From the IMG/VR virus record IMGVR_UViG_3300020165_000007, positions 62,001-126,000 of that record: DNA of 64,000 nt, one strand, 5' to 3'. Below, one piece after another: positions 27,680 to 38,015 of the stretch. Within the stretch, counting starts at the first letter, position 1. Each line of letters opens with the position of its first letter. A program made the translations under genes and the position numbers. Below the pieces are notes generated by a model. That model was given only the letters and a program-made list of their open reading frames with translations. It had not been told where the DNA came from and ran no database searches.

Positions 27680-28108
27680 ATGAAGAAGACTATTGAATTA
27701 AAAACAATTACAGATGATGAAGGGTATGCCACTAGTCCTACCTTACCTGACGGAATAAAAAATTATCTTATTGATATAGATGGTACTATCACCGATGATG
27801 TCCCTAATGAAGAATCTGAAAGAATGAGACAAGTCATACCATATGAAGGTTCAGTTGAAACTTTAAACGGGTGGTTTAATGAAGGACATATAATAACTTT
27901 TTTTACTTCACGAACTGAAGAGGTAAGGGAGATAACCGAGGAGTGGTTAGATAAGTGGGGGTTCAAATATAGTAACCTGTTAATGGGTAAACCTCGTGGG
28001 GGTAATTATCATTGGGTAGACAATCACATTGTAAGAGGAACGAGATATAACGGACAGTGGACTGAGTTGACAAATAAAATGGTAGAAATTCAAGTATTTG
28101 ACGACTAA
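27680..28108 (+). CDS. Small HAD-superfamily phosphatase (capsule-biosynthesis type)
   Basis: LIDIDGTI, FFTSR, WLDKWGFKYSNLLMGKPRG...VDN. Confidence 0.8.
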   Translation: MKKTIELKTITDDEGYATSPTLPDGIKNYLIDIDGTITDDVPNEESERMRQVIPYEGSVETLNGWFNEGHIITFFTSRTEEVREITEEWLDKWGFKYSNLLMGKPRGGNYHWVDNHIVRGTRYNGQWTELTNKMVEIQVFDD

Positions 28109-29970
28109 TGATTACAATAGGGTTTAGTACAAGGGAGGTCGATAATAAGTTCATAGAACATATTAAGAAGACTTGTGGTCCAAAAAATATTGAAGTTATA
28201 CCTTTTGAAAATAAAGGTTCTCATTCTTTAACTGAAGCTTATAATATATTACTTGAGAAAGCAAGTAATAATATTGTGGTACTATGTCATGATGATATAT
28301 ATTTTGATAAAAAGGGTTGGGGTTCTAAAATATTAAACCATTTTAAAAAAAACCCTGACTATGGAATATTAGGTGTTGCCGGCTCAACTATTTTTCCTTC
28401 GTCCGCTAGATGGTGGGAAGATACTAGTAAAATGAGAGGGATTGTTAATCACGAACACAATGGTAAAAAATGGGAGTCAAAGTACTCAAATAGTAGAGGT
28501 AATAAGATTGACGAGGTTGTGGTGGCAGATGGTGTTTTTTTGTCAGTAAATAAAAACAGATTAAAAAAAACTTTTAATGAAGATATAAAAGGATTTCATT
28601 TTTACGATGTAAGTTTTACTTTCGAAAATTATATAGACGGAACCAAAATAGGGATTATGTATGATGTTAGAATTACCCACAAATCAATAGGTCAAACTAA
28701 TCAAGAGTGGGAAGATAATAGAATTAAAATCTCAAATTTATATAGTGAGTTTTTACCTAAAAAAATACTAAAAGATAAAAACAGTATATTAAAAATACTT
28801 TTATTAGTTAAAAAATATATTAAGGAAAATTACAATTCACTTAATACTCATGAACTAACTATTGTATCTGAATCTGTCGAGTATAGTAAAAATATTTTTG
28901 AAATTAGTACGATTCCGAGTACATTTTTAGGTGATGGTATTACACAAATAGGGGTAAATAAAACTGTTTCAGTAAAAAATAGGTTATATAAAACAAAACA
29001 AGTAGATTATGATTTAATAATTTCAGATTCCGAATTACTTTCTAATAAAATTAAGTACATTTATCCTAACACAAAACATATTTTTATAGGTGAAAAAAAA
29101 GAAATTCATAGTTCGGTTGAATTTATAAAGAATCTTAATTATGAAGATATTCATTTATTATCTAATAATAACATATCAAAACCTAAAGTTAAGGTATTGA
29201 CGGGGTTCTCAAACCAAGGAGGGTCTACATTTGCCATTTCAAGACTAGTTAATTATTTTAATAAAAATGATATACCCTCGACTATGTATGGACCACATGA
29301 TTATCATTTAAACTTATGTAATTCTGACTTAAGTGAAAATTTATCATTAAATACAGAAGACATTCTAATTACACATTTCATAAATTTAAAAGAAAGACCT
29401 AACGTAAAAAAAGTAATTTTATTTTGCCATGAAAAAAATCTTTTTGAAGTGTCAAAAATGAAACCTTACTGGGATGAAGTAGTGTTCCTTAATAATAAAC
29501 ACAAGAATTATCATTCAGGATACGATGGAAAATACACCATAATACCTAACTTTAAAGAGTTTTTTGAGGTCAGTAAAACTAAGGATAGTATAAACACTGC
29601 AGGTATTATTGGGTCTATAGATATTAATAAACAAACCCATAAATCTATTGAAAGGGCTTTAAATGATGGATACCAAAAGGTTATACTTTTTGGTACTGTA
29701 ACTGATATAAAATATTATCAAGATTATGTCAGTCCTTTAATTGATGGTAAAAATGTTATAGAATATGGTTTTACTGATGATAAAGAAAAAATATATTCTA
29801 TGGTTAATGCTGTTTATCAGTCTTCTTTAAGTGAAGTCGCATCTTTAGTAAAAGAAGAGTGTGAGATGACTGGTACAAAATTTAATGGTAACTCTCACAT
29901 AGACAATGATACTGAATCATTGTCGGATGAAGAAATATTTAAAAAATGGAAAAATTTATTAAAATTGTAA
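28108..29970 (+). CDS. Two-domain glycosyltransferase (N-terminal GT-A/GT2-like plus C-terminal GT-B-like)
   Basis: SLTEAYN...VVLCHDDI...GILGVAG...VVADG...FHFYD; second part GFSNQGGST...FCHEK...AVYQSSLSEVASLV. Confidence 0.75.
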   Translation: MITIGFSTREVDNKFIEHIKKTCGPKNIEVIPFENKGSHSLTEAYNILLEKASNNIVVLCHDDIYFDKKGWGSKILNHFKKNPDYGILGVAGSTIFPSSARWWEDTSKMRGIVNHEHNGKKWESKYSNSRGNKIDEVVVADGVFLSVNKNRLKKTFNEDIKGFHFYDVSFTFENYIDGTKIGIMYDVRITHKSIGQTNQEWEDNRIKISNLYSEFLPKKILKDKNSILKILLLVKKYIKENYNSLNTHELTIVSESVEYSKNIFEISTIPSTFLGDGITQIGVNKTVSVKNRLYKTKQVDYDLIISDSELLSNKIKYIYPNTKHIFIGEKKEIHSSVEFIKNLNYEDIHLLSNNNISKPKVKVLTGFSNQGGSTFAISRLVNYFNKNDIPSTMYGPHDYHLNLCNSDLSENLSLNTEDILITHFINLKERPNVKKVILFCHEKNLFEVSKMKPYWDEVVFLNNKHKNYHSGYDGKYTIIPNFKEFFEVSKTKDSINTAGIIGSIDINKQTHKSIERALNDGYQKVILFGTVTDIKYYQDYVSPLIDGKNVIEYGFTDDKEKIYSMVNAVYQSSLSEVASLVKEECEMTGTKFNGNSHIDNDTESLSDEEIFKKWKNLLKL

Positions 29971-29971
29971 G

Positions 29972-30685
29972 ATGATAATATTAACTACTCTTTTTAACGC
30001 TGAAAAATACATCGAAAGATGTTTGTACTCAATAATGAGTCAAACATTTAAAGACTTTAGATGTTATATAACTGATGATATGTCTACAGATAAAAGTGTG
30101 GATATAGTTAAAAAAATTATAAAGGACGACGACAGATTTATTTTAATAGAAAATAAAGAAAAATTTTATCAACCAGGAAATTACGACCAAGTAATTAGAA
30201 GTAATCCATTAATTAATGATGATGACGTTTGCGTTGAGGTAGATGGGGATGACTGGTTACCTGATTCAAAAACACTACATAGAATTAACAACGTTTATCT
30301 CGATAAAGATGTTTGGATAGCAAATGGTAAATTTAGGTATTCTTCAGGTGCAAATGGTTTTGCACAAAAACAAACTAATTTTGACTCTCTAAGGAAACAT
30401 AGATTTACTGCATCACATATTAGAACTTGGAGGGCTTTCCTTTGGAGAAATATCGACATATCTGATTTAAAGGATGAAAATGGAGTATATTGGAAAATGA
30501 CCGGTGATTTATCATTTATGTTTCCTATGCTTGAAATGTCAGGGGAAAAACATTATGTCTTTATGGAAGACATAAATTACGTTTATAACGAACAAAACCC
30601 AATTAATGACCACAAAGTAGATTTGTCATTAGTAAATGAAATTGCCTTAAAAATAAGAAATAAAAAAAAATATAAAAAAATATAA
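29972..30685 (+). CDS. GT2 glycosyltransferase
   Basis: FNAEKYIERCLYSI...YITDDMSTD...EVDGDDWL. Confidence 0.88.
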   Translation: MIILTTLFNAEKYIERCLYSIMSQTFKDFRCYITDDMSTDKSVDIVKKIIKDDDRFILIENKEKFYQPGNYDQVIRSNPLINDDDVCVEVDGDDWLPDSKTLHRINNVYLDKDVWIANGKFRYSSGANGFAQKQTNFDSLRKHRFTASHIRTWRAFLWRNIDISDLKDENGVYWKMTGDLSFMFPMLEMSGEKHYVFMEDINYVYNEQNPINDHKVDLSLVNEIALKIRNKKKYKKI

Positions 30686-30687
30686 AA

Positions 30688-31833
30688 ATGAAAAAAGTTT
30701 GGTATGCCCCCTATAAGTTTGAGTCCTATGGTGAAGAGGAAATAAAAGCAGTAGAAGAATCACTTAGAAGTGGGTGGTTAGGAGGTCAAGGACCTAAATC
30801 TATCGAGTTTGAAAAAGCGATTGCAAAGCGTTTTGGTAAGAAGTTTGGTGTTTTTGTTAATTCAGGCTCTTCCGCCTGTTTATTGGCTTTGGCGGCGTTA
30901 GACCTTTTAAAAGGGTCTAAAGTAATTACACCGGCTTGTACCTTTTCAACAACTTTAGCCCCAATAATACAGTTAGGATATGAACCTGTGTTTGTTGATG
31001 TGGGTTTGAATGACTACGTGGCACATGTTGAAGATATTATTAACGTGGTAACACCTGAGGTTAAGGCGATTATGTTACCTAACCTAATAGGTAATAAACC
31101 AAATTGGAAGTTACTCAAGGAGCAGTTAAAGTTAATTGGTAGAGAAGATATTTACTTGATTGAGGATTCGGCGGACACCTTAACTGAAACCCTTGAAACT
31201 GATGTTGCGACAACTAGTTTTTATGCGTCTCACGTTATAACTGCAGGTGGTGTTGGCGGAATGGTAATGTTTAACGATGAAAAGCACGTTACTAAATGTT
31301 TACAGTACCGTGATTGGGGTAGATTAGGTAATGACTCTGAAATAATGGACGATAGATTTACTCATGAAGTTGACGGTATACCTTATGACCACAAATTTTT
31401 ATACAGTGTATTAGGTTACCATATGAAATGTAGTGAAATGAATGCCGCTTTTGGTTTAGTTCAGTTGGAAAGGTTTAAAAAGTTTTCACAGATACGAAGA
31501 GATAATTTTGAACGATATATAGAAAACTTACAAGGTATTGGAGATTTGATTTTACCTGATGATTCAATTGAACCTAATTGGTTGGCGATACCGTTACAAA
31601 CTGAAAAAAGGTTTGAGTTATTAACATTTTTAGAAAATAGTAATATTCAAACTAGAGTTACCTTTGCGGGTAATGTTACAAGACACCCTGTCTATAGAGA
31701 ATACTTACAGGATTTTGAAAATTCTGATTTAATCATGAAGAACGGTTTTTTGTTAGGAGCTCATCATGGGATGAACATAGAAGACGTTGATTATGTTTGT
31801 GACAAAATAAAAGAATTTTTTAGTGAGTCATGA
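30688..31833 (+). CDS. DegT/DnrJ/EryC1/StrS-fold PLP enzyme, His-type NDP-4-keto-6-deoxysugar 3-dehydratase-like (RfbH/ColD group)
   Basis: VNSGSSA, TFSTT, FVDV, IEDSAD, TSFYASHVITAGGVGG (His where aminotransferases have Lys), LGYHMK...AAFG. Confidence 0.8.
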   Translation: MKKVWYAPYKFESYGEEEIKAVEESLRSGWLGGQGPKSIEFEKAIAKRFGKKFGVFVNSGSSACLLALAALDLLKGSKVITPACTFSTTLAPIIQLGYEPVFVDVGLNDYVAHVEDIINVVTPEVKAIMLPNLIGNKPNWKLLKEQLKLIGREDIYLIEDSADTLTETLETDVATTSFYASHVITAGGVGGMVMFNDEKHVTKCLQYRDWGRLGNDSEIMDDRFTHEVDGIPYDHKFLYSVLGYHMKCSEMNAAFGLVQLERFKKFSQIRRDNFERYIENLQGIGDLILPDDSIEPNWLAIPLQTEKRFELLTFLENSNIQTRVTFAGNVTRHPVYREYLQDFENSDLIMKNGFLLGAHHGMNIEDVDYVCDKIKEFFSES

Positions 31834-32507
31834 AACCTTTAGTTTTAGGTAACGGTCTTTTAGGTTCTGAAATTATAAAATTAACGGGATGGGACTTTGT
31901 TTCTAGGAAGTCTCATAATTTTAATATTGAAAATTTTGAGTCTTATATTGATTCACAATATGATACGATTATAAATTGTGTGGCAAATACAGATACCTAC
32001 TCAAAAGATAAAGATTCTCATTGGGATGTTAATGTAAAATTTGTTGATAAGTTAATTGATTATTGTAACAGTAATGATGTAAAATTAGTTCATCTGTCTA
32101 GCGATTATCTTTATACGGGGTCAGAAGTTAACGCTTCAGAGGAAAGTGTTCCTGTTCATTGTGACACTTGGTATGGATATACTAAATTAGTTTCAGACGC
32201 TTTAGTTCAGTTAAGGTGTAAAAATCATTTATTAATTAGGTGTACTCATAAACCAACACCATTTCCATATGATAATGCTTGGGTTGACCAAGTTGGTAAC
32301 TTTGATTATGTCGATATAATTTCTAATTTAATTATAAAATTAATTAAAAAGAATTTATCGGGACTCTATAATGTGGGGACTGAAACTAAAACTATGTTTG
32401 AACTGGCGTCAAAAACAAAGACGGTAAATAAATCATTTGCTCCTGTAAATGCACCTAAAAATACGTCTATGAATATTAAAAAATTATTAACAGACTTAAA
32501 TGAATAA
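31830..32507 (+). CDS. NAD(P)-dependent NDP-4-keto-sugar reductase (RmlD-like)
   Basis: VLGNGLLG, INCVANT, HLSSDYLY, YGYTK, LLIR. Confidence 0.8.
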   Translation: MKPLVLGNGLLGSEIIKLTGWDFVSRKSHNFNIENFESYIDSQYDTIINCVANTDTYSKDKDSHWDVNVKFVDKLIDYCNSNDVKLVHLSSDYLYTGSEVNASEESVPVHCDTWYGYTKLVSDALVQLRCKNHLLIRCTHKPTPFPYDNAWVDQVGNFDYVDIISNLIIKLIKKNLSGLYNVGTETKTMFELASKTKTVNKSFAPVNAPKNTSMNIKKLLTDLNE

Positions 32508-33198
32508 TCCATTTTTTTCAGTTGCAATACCAACTTACGGATATGACGGTAAGGGTTCTGATTTTTTAAATTTTAGTTTATCTAAATTAAGTAGTCAGAC
32601 TTTTAAGGATTTCGAGGTTGTTATATCTGACCATAGTAGTGATGACACGATAAAAGAAGTGTGTGAGAGATGGTCGAATAAGTTAAATATAAATCATACT
32701 TTTAATTCAAAAGGTCGAGGTATTATCTCACCTAACATTAATGAGGCGTTAAAAAAGTGTGAAGGGAGATGGATAAAGATATTATTTCAAGATGATTTTT
32801 TATTTGATGAATACTCGTTAGAAAAACAAAAAAAATTCATAGAAGACAAGGATAACTTAGTATGGTTTTTTTCAAAATTTTACCACAGTAATGACGGTAA
32901 ATCGTTTTATAGATTATATACACCGAAGTGGAATAATACTGTTTGGGTTGGAAATAATACTTTAGGTTGTCCTAGTGGACTTACGATAAAAAATAAAGAT
33001 ATTTTATTTTTTGATGAAAATCTTAATTGGTTAATGGATTGTGATTACTATCAGAGTATGTTCATTAAATACGGCGAACCTGAGGTATTAGATGAGATAA
33101 CCGTTGTAAATAGAACATGGGGGAATCGCCTTACTGATACCATATCTCAACAAATAAAGGATGAGGAATTTGTTTTAGTTAAGAAAAAATATGCTTGA
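32500..33198 (+). CDS. GT2 glycosyltransferase
   Basis: FSVAIPTY...QTFKDFEVVISDHS...N.NEAL...LFQDDF. Confidence 0.88.
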   Translation: MNNPFFSVAIPTYGYDGKGSDFLNFSLSKLSSQTFKDFEVVISDHSSDDTIKEVCERWSNKLNINHTFNSKGRGIISPNINEALKKCEGRWIKILFQDDFLFDEYSLEKQKKFIEDKDNLVWFFSKFYHSNDGKSFYRLYTPKWNNTVWVGNNTLGCPSGLTIKNKDILFFDENLNWLMDCDYYQSMFIKYGEPEVLDEITVVNRTWGNRLTDTISQQIKDEEFVLVKKKYA

Positions 33199-33850
33199 TT
33201 TAAATAATATAACTTTAGTTGCCCTAACAAGTGTTAGGTTAGAACAAACCATAAAGGCGTTACAACACAGTTCTTTAAAAATTAACTTCGGTGACATAAA
33301 ATTATTAAGCGATATTAAACCTGATAATTTACCTGATAATATAACACATGAGTATGTACCTAAATGTAATAATATAGATGAGTGGAATTATCATATAATT
33401 TATACTTTACCAAAATATATAGAAACCGACTATATCATTTTAATACACGATAATGGGTTTATTGTAAATCCTGAAGTGTGGACTGATGAATTTTTAAAAT
33501 ATGATTATATCGGGGCGCCATGGCCATTACCTAAAGATGATTTTTCATATAGAGATATAAATGGAGAAGTTATTAGACAAGGAAATAGTGTATCTCTAAG
33601 AAGTAAAAAATTATTAGATGTTGCGAACAAATTAGATTTAGAATGGAAAGCCTTTCATGGTTTTACAAATGAAGACGGATTTATATGTGTTAATTATCGT
33701 CATGAATATATAAATGAAGGTTGTGTTTTTGCACCTATCGATATATCCTGTTTATTTTCTAAAGAAACTGAGTTACCTGAAAATCGCGGAATTAATACGT
33801 TTGCCTTTCACAACTATAATGGAGAAAACAGAAAATACCCTAAATTTTAA
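33191..33850 (+). CDS. DUF5672-like putative glycosyltransferase
   Basis: LIHDNGFIVNPEVW...YDYIGAPW...GNSVSLRSKKLL...NEDGF...FAFH. Confidence 0.7.
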   Translation: MLDLNNITLVALTSVRLEQTIKALQHSSLKINFGDIKLLSDIKPDNLPDNITHEYVPKCNNIDEWNYHIIYTLPKYIETDYIILIHDNGFIVNPEVWTDEFLKYDYIGAPWPLPKDDFSYRDINGEVIRQGNSVSLRSKKLLDVANKLDLEWKAFHGFTNEDGFICVNYRHEYINEGCVFAPIDISCLFSKETELPENRGINTFAFHNYNGENRKYPKF

Positions 33851-33854
33851 AATA

Positions 33855-34044
33855 ATGAAAGATAATAACTACAGGGGCTAAATTAATAATCACCGATTTT
33901 AATCATTTACCCGAAAACCCCAAAGATTTTTGGACGGATGAATATACCGATAACTATATAGTATATGATAAGGCACATAGATTTAATGAAACTAATAAAA
34001 TAGTCCATAAAGAAAATTTAGGGTCAAATATATATGATAAATGA
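33855..34044 (+). pseudogene. Frameshifted, truncated remnant of a DUF3431-like gene
   Basis: ATG at 33855 is one base out of frame with the open frame 33859-34044 (KIITTGAKLIITDFNHLPENPKDFWTDEYTDNYIVYDKAHRF...ENLGSNIYDK*), which stops at the next ATG. Confidence 0.5.
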
Positions 34045-34721
34045 GTACTAAAGAAATTGTAATAGCGGCTTACGATAAAGAATTAGATTGGATAACCCAA
34101 TTTGATTCTGATATTAAACAAACAATATACAGAAAAGGTATTGAAACTGATAATGAAAATGAAATATTTATTGAGAATAATATGGGTAGATGTGTACATT
34201 CATTTTTTTATCACATTTATAAAAATTATGATAATTTATCAGACATAACGTTCTTTGTACAAGATTATCCATTTGACCACTGGGAAGATTTAATTGAAGT
34301 AATTAATAATGAAACTTGGGTTGATAGGTGTGCTTTAGAAATCGAGGGTTATTATGGTTTCCATTGGAATTCTATAAAAGTTCCATCACCAAAAGGGGGT
34401 ATTATGCACTCCCTTAAACCAACAACACATCATGGTAATGGTAACATTATTAGTTGTAACTCAAATGGTAGCCCACAAGACCGAAACCCATTAATAAATG
34501 TTGATAAATATTGGGAATTATTATTTGAAGGGATACCACCACCTATATATGAATTCATACCAGGTGGACATTTCGGCATAACAAAAGAATATACCCATCT
34601 AAGGTCTCGTGAATTTTATGGTAAAATATGTAATTTATTAACTGAAGATATATGGGCACCATGGATGATAGAACGTTTAGAGTGTTACATATTCAACCCA
34701 AAATATAAAACAAAATTATGA
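34041..34721 (+). CDS. DUF3431-like protein (glycan-locus associated)
   Basis: IVIAAYDKELDW...IYRKG...NMGR...HIYKNYDNLSDITFFVQDYPFDH...FIPGGHF...PWMIER. Confidence 0.7.
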   Translation: MSTKEIVIAAYDKELDWITQFDSDIKQTIYRKGIETDNENEIFIENNMGRCVHSFFYHIYKNYDNLSDITFFVQDYPFDHWEDLIEVINNETWVDRCALEIEGYYGFHWNSIKVPSPKGGIMHSLKPTTHHGNGNIISCNSNGSPQDRNPLINVDKYWELLFEGIPPPIYEFIPGGHFGITKEYTHLRSREFYGKICNLLTEDIWAPWMIERLECYIFNPKYKTKL

Positions 34722-35641
34722 TAACGACAAATTTAACTGGAAATCTAGGGAACCACATGTGGCAATATGCGGTATGTAGAACAATAGCTGAGAAACTAGG
34801 GTATGAGTGGGGTATAAACCCATCGCCAAGTCATGATTACTTTAAAGGGCAATCACAAATGACATTTATGAATGTTGATTTTGGTAAACCTGTAGAAGGT
34901 ATTATACATGAATATCATGAATCTTGGAAAGAAATATCTCACGTAGATAAAGTTAATATAACAATGTTAAATCCCTCATTATATGAGATACAAGATAATA
35001 CTATATTAGTCGGAGATAAGAGTATTAACCCAGGAGCGATAGGTGGTATATATCAGTCAGAAGAATATATAATTAATAGAAAGTCAGATATTAGAGAATG
35101 GTTTAAGATTAAAAACGAGTCAAAAAAAAATTATGATAAAATATTATCTGATAAGGGTATTGTTCTTGATGAAAATCTTTGTGTTATTAATTTCAGAGGT
35201 GGGGAGTATAGGTCGATACCAAATGTATTATTAAGAAGGGAATATTGGAGGGATTCAATTAACCACATGTTAATAATAAACCCTAATATGAAATTTGTGA
35301 TTATAACAGATGACCCAAACACCGCAAATAAGTTTATGCCCTTTCCAATCGAATCAATTCATGTTGATGTTGGATTTGATTTTTACGTTGTCAATCAAGC
35401 TAAATGGAATATAATATCCAATTCAACATTTGGTTGGTGGGCAGCATGGCTTAATGACAAAACAAATAAAATAATAGCTCCTAAGTATTGGGCTAGACAT
35501 AATGTTAGTGATGGGTATTGGGCCACAGGAGATTCGTACACCATAGGGTTTACATATATGGATAGGGAAGGAAATTTATATGATTATGAAACTTGTAAAA
35601 AAGAGGCAGAAATTTACTATAAACAAAAAAATATAATTTAA
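34718..35641 (+). CDS. GT11 (alpha-1,2-fucosyltransferase-like) glycosyltransferase
   Basis: GNLGNHMWQYA, GIYQSEEY, INFRGGEY, ITDDP, NSTFGWWAAWL. Confidence 0.85.
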   Translation: MITTNLTGNLGNHMWQYAVCRTIAEKLGYEWGINPSPSHDYFKGQSQMTFMNVDFGKPVEGIIHEYHESWKEISHVDKVNITMLNPSLYEIQDNTILVGDKSINPGAIGGIYQSEEYIINRKSDIREWFKIKNESKKNYDKILSDKGIVLDENLCVINFRGGEYRSIPNVLLRREYWRDSINHMLIINPNMKFVIITDDPNTANKFMPFPIESIHVDVGFDFYVVNQAKWNIISNSTFGWWAAWLNDKTNKIIAPKYWARHNVSDGYWATGDSYTIGFTYMDREGNLYDYETCKKEAEIYYKQKNII

Positions 35642-35642
35642 T

Positions 35643-36380
35643 ATGAGTTATACAGAGATACCAAACGAGGAGTTAGAAATTTTTAAAAGATTAAGTAATA
35701 AATTCAAAGTTGTTTTTGATGTAGGTTGCAGAGATGATATTGATTATTTTAAGATTAATGATTTATGTGAATATCACTTATTTGAACCAAATACAATAGC
35801 GATAAATTCTTTAAATGAAAAATTAGGTAAGTTAGAAAATCATAATATAAAATTAAATGAATTTGGTTTATCTGATACAACACAAGATAATTGTGTTTAT
35901 TATAAAAACGTTGAATCTTTTACGATAAATCCATTTGCTAGAACAATAGATTCTGGTGATAGATTCTCTTTAAAAAAATTAGATGATTATATCTCAGAAA
36001 ATAATATTGAAAAAATTGACTTTATAAAAATAGATGTTGAAGGGTTGGATTATAAAGTTATTTTAGGTGGTTTAGAGGCTATTAAAAATAAAAATATTGT
36101 GTCATTCATTCAAATAGAATATAATGGTGGCGTTAAACAATACGTTGATTTGCTTGATAATTTTGAGTTTTATTGGATGATGGAACCAAGATTATTATCA
36201 GCTGTTAATAATATGGGTAATAAAAATGATTTTAACAAATCATTAATTAGACTTGATATTGACATAATTAATTTTATTGATAATACCGTATCCCCAACTG
36301 GTAATGGTGGTAATATTTTTGGTGTTAATAAAAAAAATGTTGACTTTGATGTTGATAAAATAATATTTAAAATAATTTAA
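35643..36380 (+). CDS. FkbM-family SAM-dependent methyltransferase
   Basis: VVFDVG, HLFEPN, FGLSD, KLDDY...IDFIKIDVEG...VILG...IQIEY. Confidence 0.85.
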   Translation: MSYTEIPNEELEIFKRLSNKFKVVFDVGCRDDIDYFKINDLCEYHLFEPNTIAINSLNEKLGKLENHNIKLNEFGLSDTTQDNCVYYKNVESFTINPFARTIDSGDRFSLKKLDDYISENNIEKIDFIKIDVEGLDYKVILGGLEAIKNKNIVSFIQIEYNGGVKQYVDLLDNFEFYWMMEPRLLSAVNNMGNKNDFNKSLIRLDIDIINFIDNTVSPTGNGGNIFGVNKKNVDFDVDKIIFKII

Positions 36381-36381
36381 T

Positions 36382-37242
36382 ATGCGAAAAATTTATGATT
36401 GTTTTAATTTTTTTAATGAATTAGATTTATTAGAAATAAGGTTAAATACACTATATGATATAGTTGATTATTTCGTAATCATCGAATCAAACTTAACTCA
36501 CTCTGGTGAGGTTAAACCATTTTATTATGAGGATAATAAAAGTAGATTTGAAAAATTTTCAGATAAAATTATACATTATAAGGTGTTAGATACTCCAGAA
36601 CAATTTAATAATTTACATAATGGTGATGATGAAATACTAAATCAAATCTATCATTATATAAATAAACAAACTAATAGGTTTAATAGAAACACACAGCCCG
36701 ATTATGGTAGAGACTTCTTTCAAAAGGAATGTGTTAGAAGACCCTTAACAAATTGTTCTGATGATGATATAATTATTATTTCTGACTTGGATGAAATACC
36801 GAACCCTAAAATACTAAGTAATGTACACGAATTAAATCTATCTGAAAATATATATCGGTTAAATCAAAATATGTATTGTTATTATTTAAATGTGTTTAAG
36901 GAGAAAAATTGGTTTGGTAGTAGAATTCTTAATTATGGTAAACTTAAAAATCTATCAATAAATGAGGTTAGAGGTGATAATACACTTAGTGTTGAATTAC
37001 CAAATGGTGGTTGGCACTTCAGTTTTATGGGAGGAAAAGAAATGGTAAAAAAGAAAATAACATCTTATTCTGCACGAGATTTAGGAGGTAGACATGTTTT
37101 AAACTCTATTGAATCAAATATGGACAAGAATATTGACCCCTTTTTTAGGGGTAGTCTTAATGTTGTTGAAATTGATGATACTTACCCTAAGTATTTGATT
37201 AATAACCTTAAAAGGTATGGTCACCTCATAAAAAAAATATGA
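36382..37242 (+). CDS. GT17 (beta-1,4-GlcNAc-transferase, MGAT3-like) glycosyltransferase
   Basis: IYDCFNFFNELDLLEIRL...FVIIESNLTHSG.VKP...FQKE...ISDLDEIP...GGWHFSFMGG. Confidence 0.85.
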   Translation: MRKIYDCFNFFNELDLLEIRLNTLYDIVDYFVIIESNLTHSGEVKPFYYEDNKSRFEKFSDKIIHYKVLDTPEQFNNLHNGDDEILNQIYHYINKQTNRFNRNTQPDYGRDFFQKECVRRPLTNCSDDDIIIISDLDEIPNPKILSNVHELNLSENIYRLNQNMYCYYLNVFKEKNWFGSRILNYGKLKNLSINEVRGDNTLSVELPNGGWHFSFMGGKEMVKKKITSYSARDLGGRHVLNSIESNMDKNIDPFFRGSLNVVEIDDTYPKYLINNLKRYGHLIKKI

Positions 37243-38015
37243 TAACTTGCAAATTACAGGGAGGATTAGGAAATCAAATGTTCCAAATATCTGCAACTAT
37301 TGGTCACGCTCTGAGGTATGGTTTTAATTATGGTTTTGATTTTAACCGTTGTTATACTCCTAATCAGGGTCATAAATCATCCACATATTCAAATAACTTT
37401 TTTAGAGACATTAACGAAAGAATCGACTTATCAGACTTATCTAAATATAATTTATTTAATGAGAGAGGGTTTTCGTATCAGGAAATACCAAATAAAGATA
37501 ATATTATTTTATCGGGTTACTTTCAAAGTGAAAAATATTTTAATAATGTTAAATCCGTAATTAAAGACCTTTTTTATTTCGATGAACAAATAAAAAATAA
37601 CGTTAATAAATTATTAAACTCAATTAATGAAGAAAAATGTGCGATTCATATTAGAAGAGGTGATTATGTAAATAAACCTGATTTTCATTTAGTTTGTGAT
37701 AATACGTACTATCAAAAAGCTATCGATTTTATTGGTTCAGACAAACATTTCATTGTGGTATCGGATGATATAGAATGGTGTAAAGACAATATAAAGTCAG
37801 ATAATATAACTTTTACTCCATTTAAAGACGAAATAAGTGATTTATATTTAATGACACAATGCGAACATAAAATAATGTCTAATAGTTCTTTTAGTTGGTG
37901 GGGAGTGTGGTTATCAAAAAAAAGTGGGGTTGTGGTTTCCCCAAATAAGTGGTTTAATTATAATGGGCCGCAAGATTTTAACGATATATATTTAGATTCT
38001 TGGGTTAAAATATAA
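37239..38015 (+). CDS. GT11 (alpha-1,2-fucosyltransferase-like) glycosyltransferase
   Basis: GGLGNQMFQ, GYFQSEKYF, IHIRRGDY, VSDDIEWC, NSSFSWWG. Confidence 0.9.
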   Translation: MITCKLQGGLGNQMFQISATIGHALRYGFNYGFDFNRCYTPNQGHKSSTYSNNFFRDINERIDLSDLSKYNLFNERGFSYQEIPNKDNIILSGYFQSEKYFNNVKSVIKDLFYFDEQIKNNVNKLLNSINEEKCAIHIRRGDYVNKPDFHLVCDNTYYQKAIDFIGSDKHFIVVSDDIEWCKDNIKSDNITFTPFKDEISDLYLMTQCEHKIMSNSSFSWWGVWLSKKSGVVVSPNKWFNYNGPQDFNDIYLDSWVKI

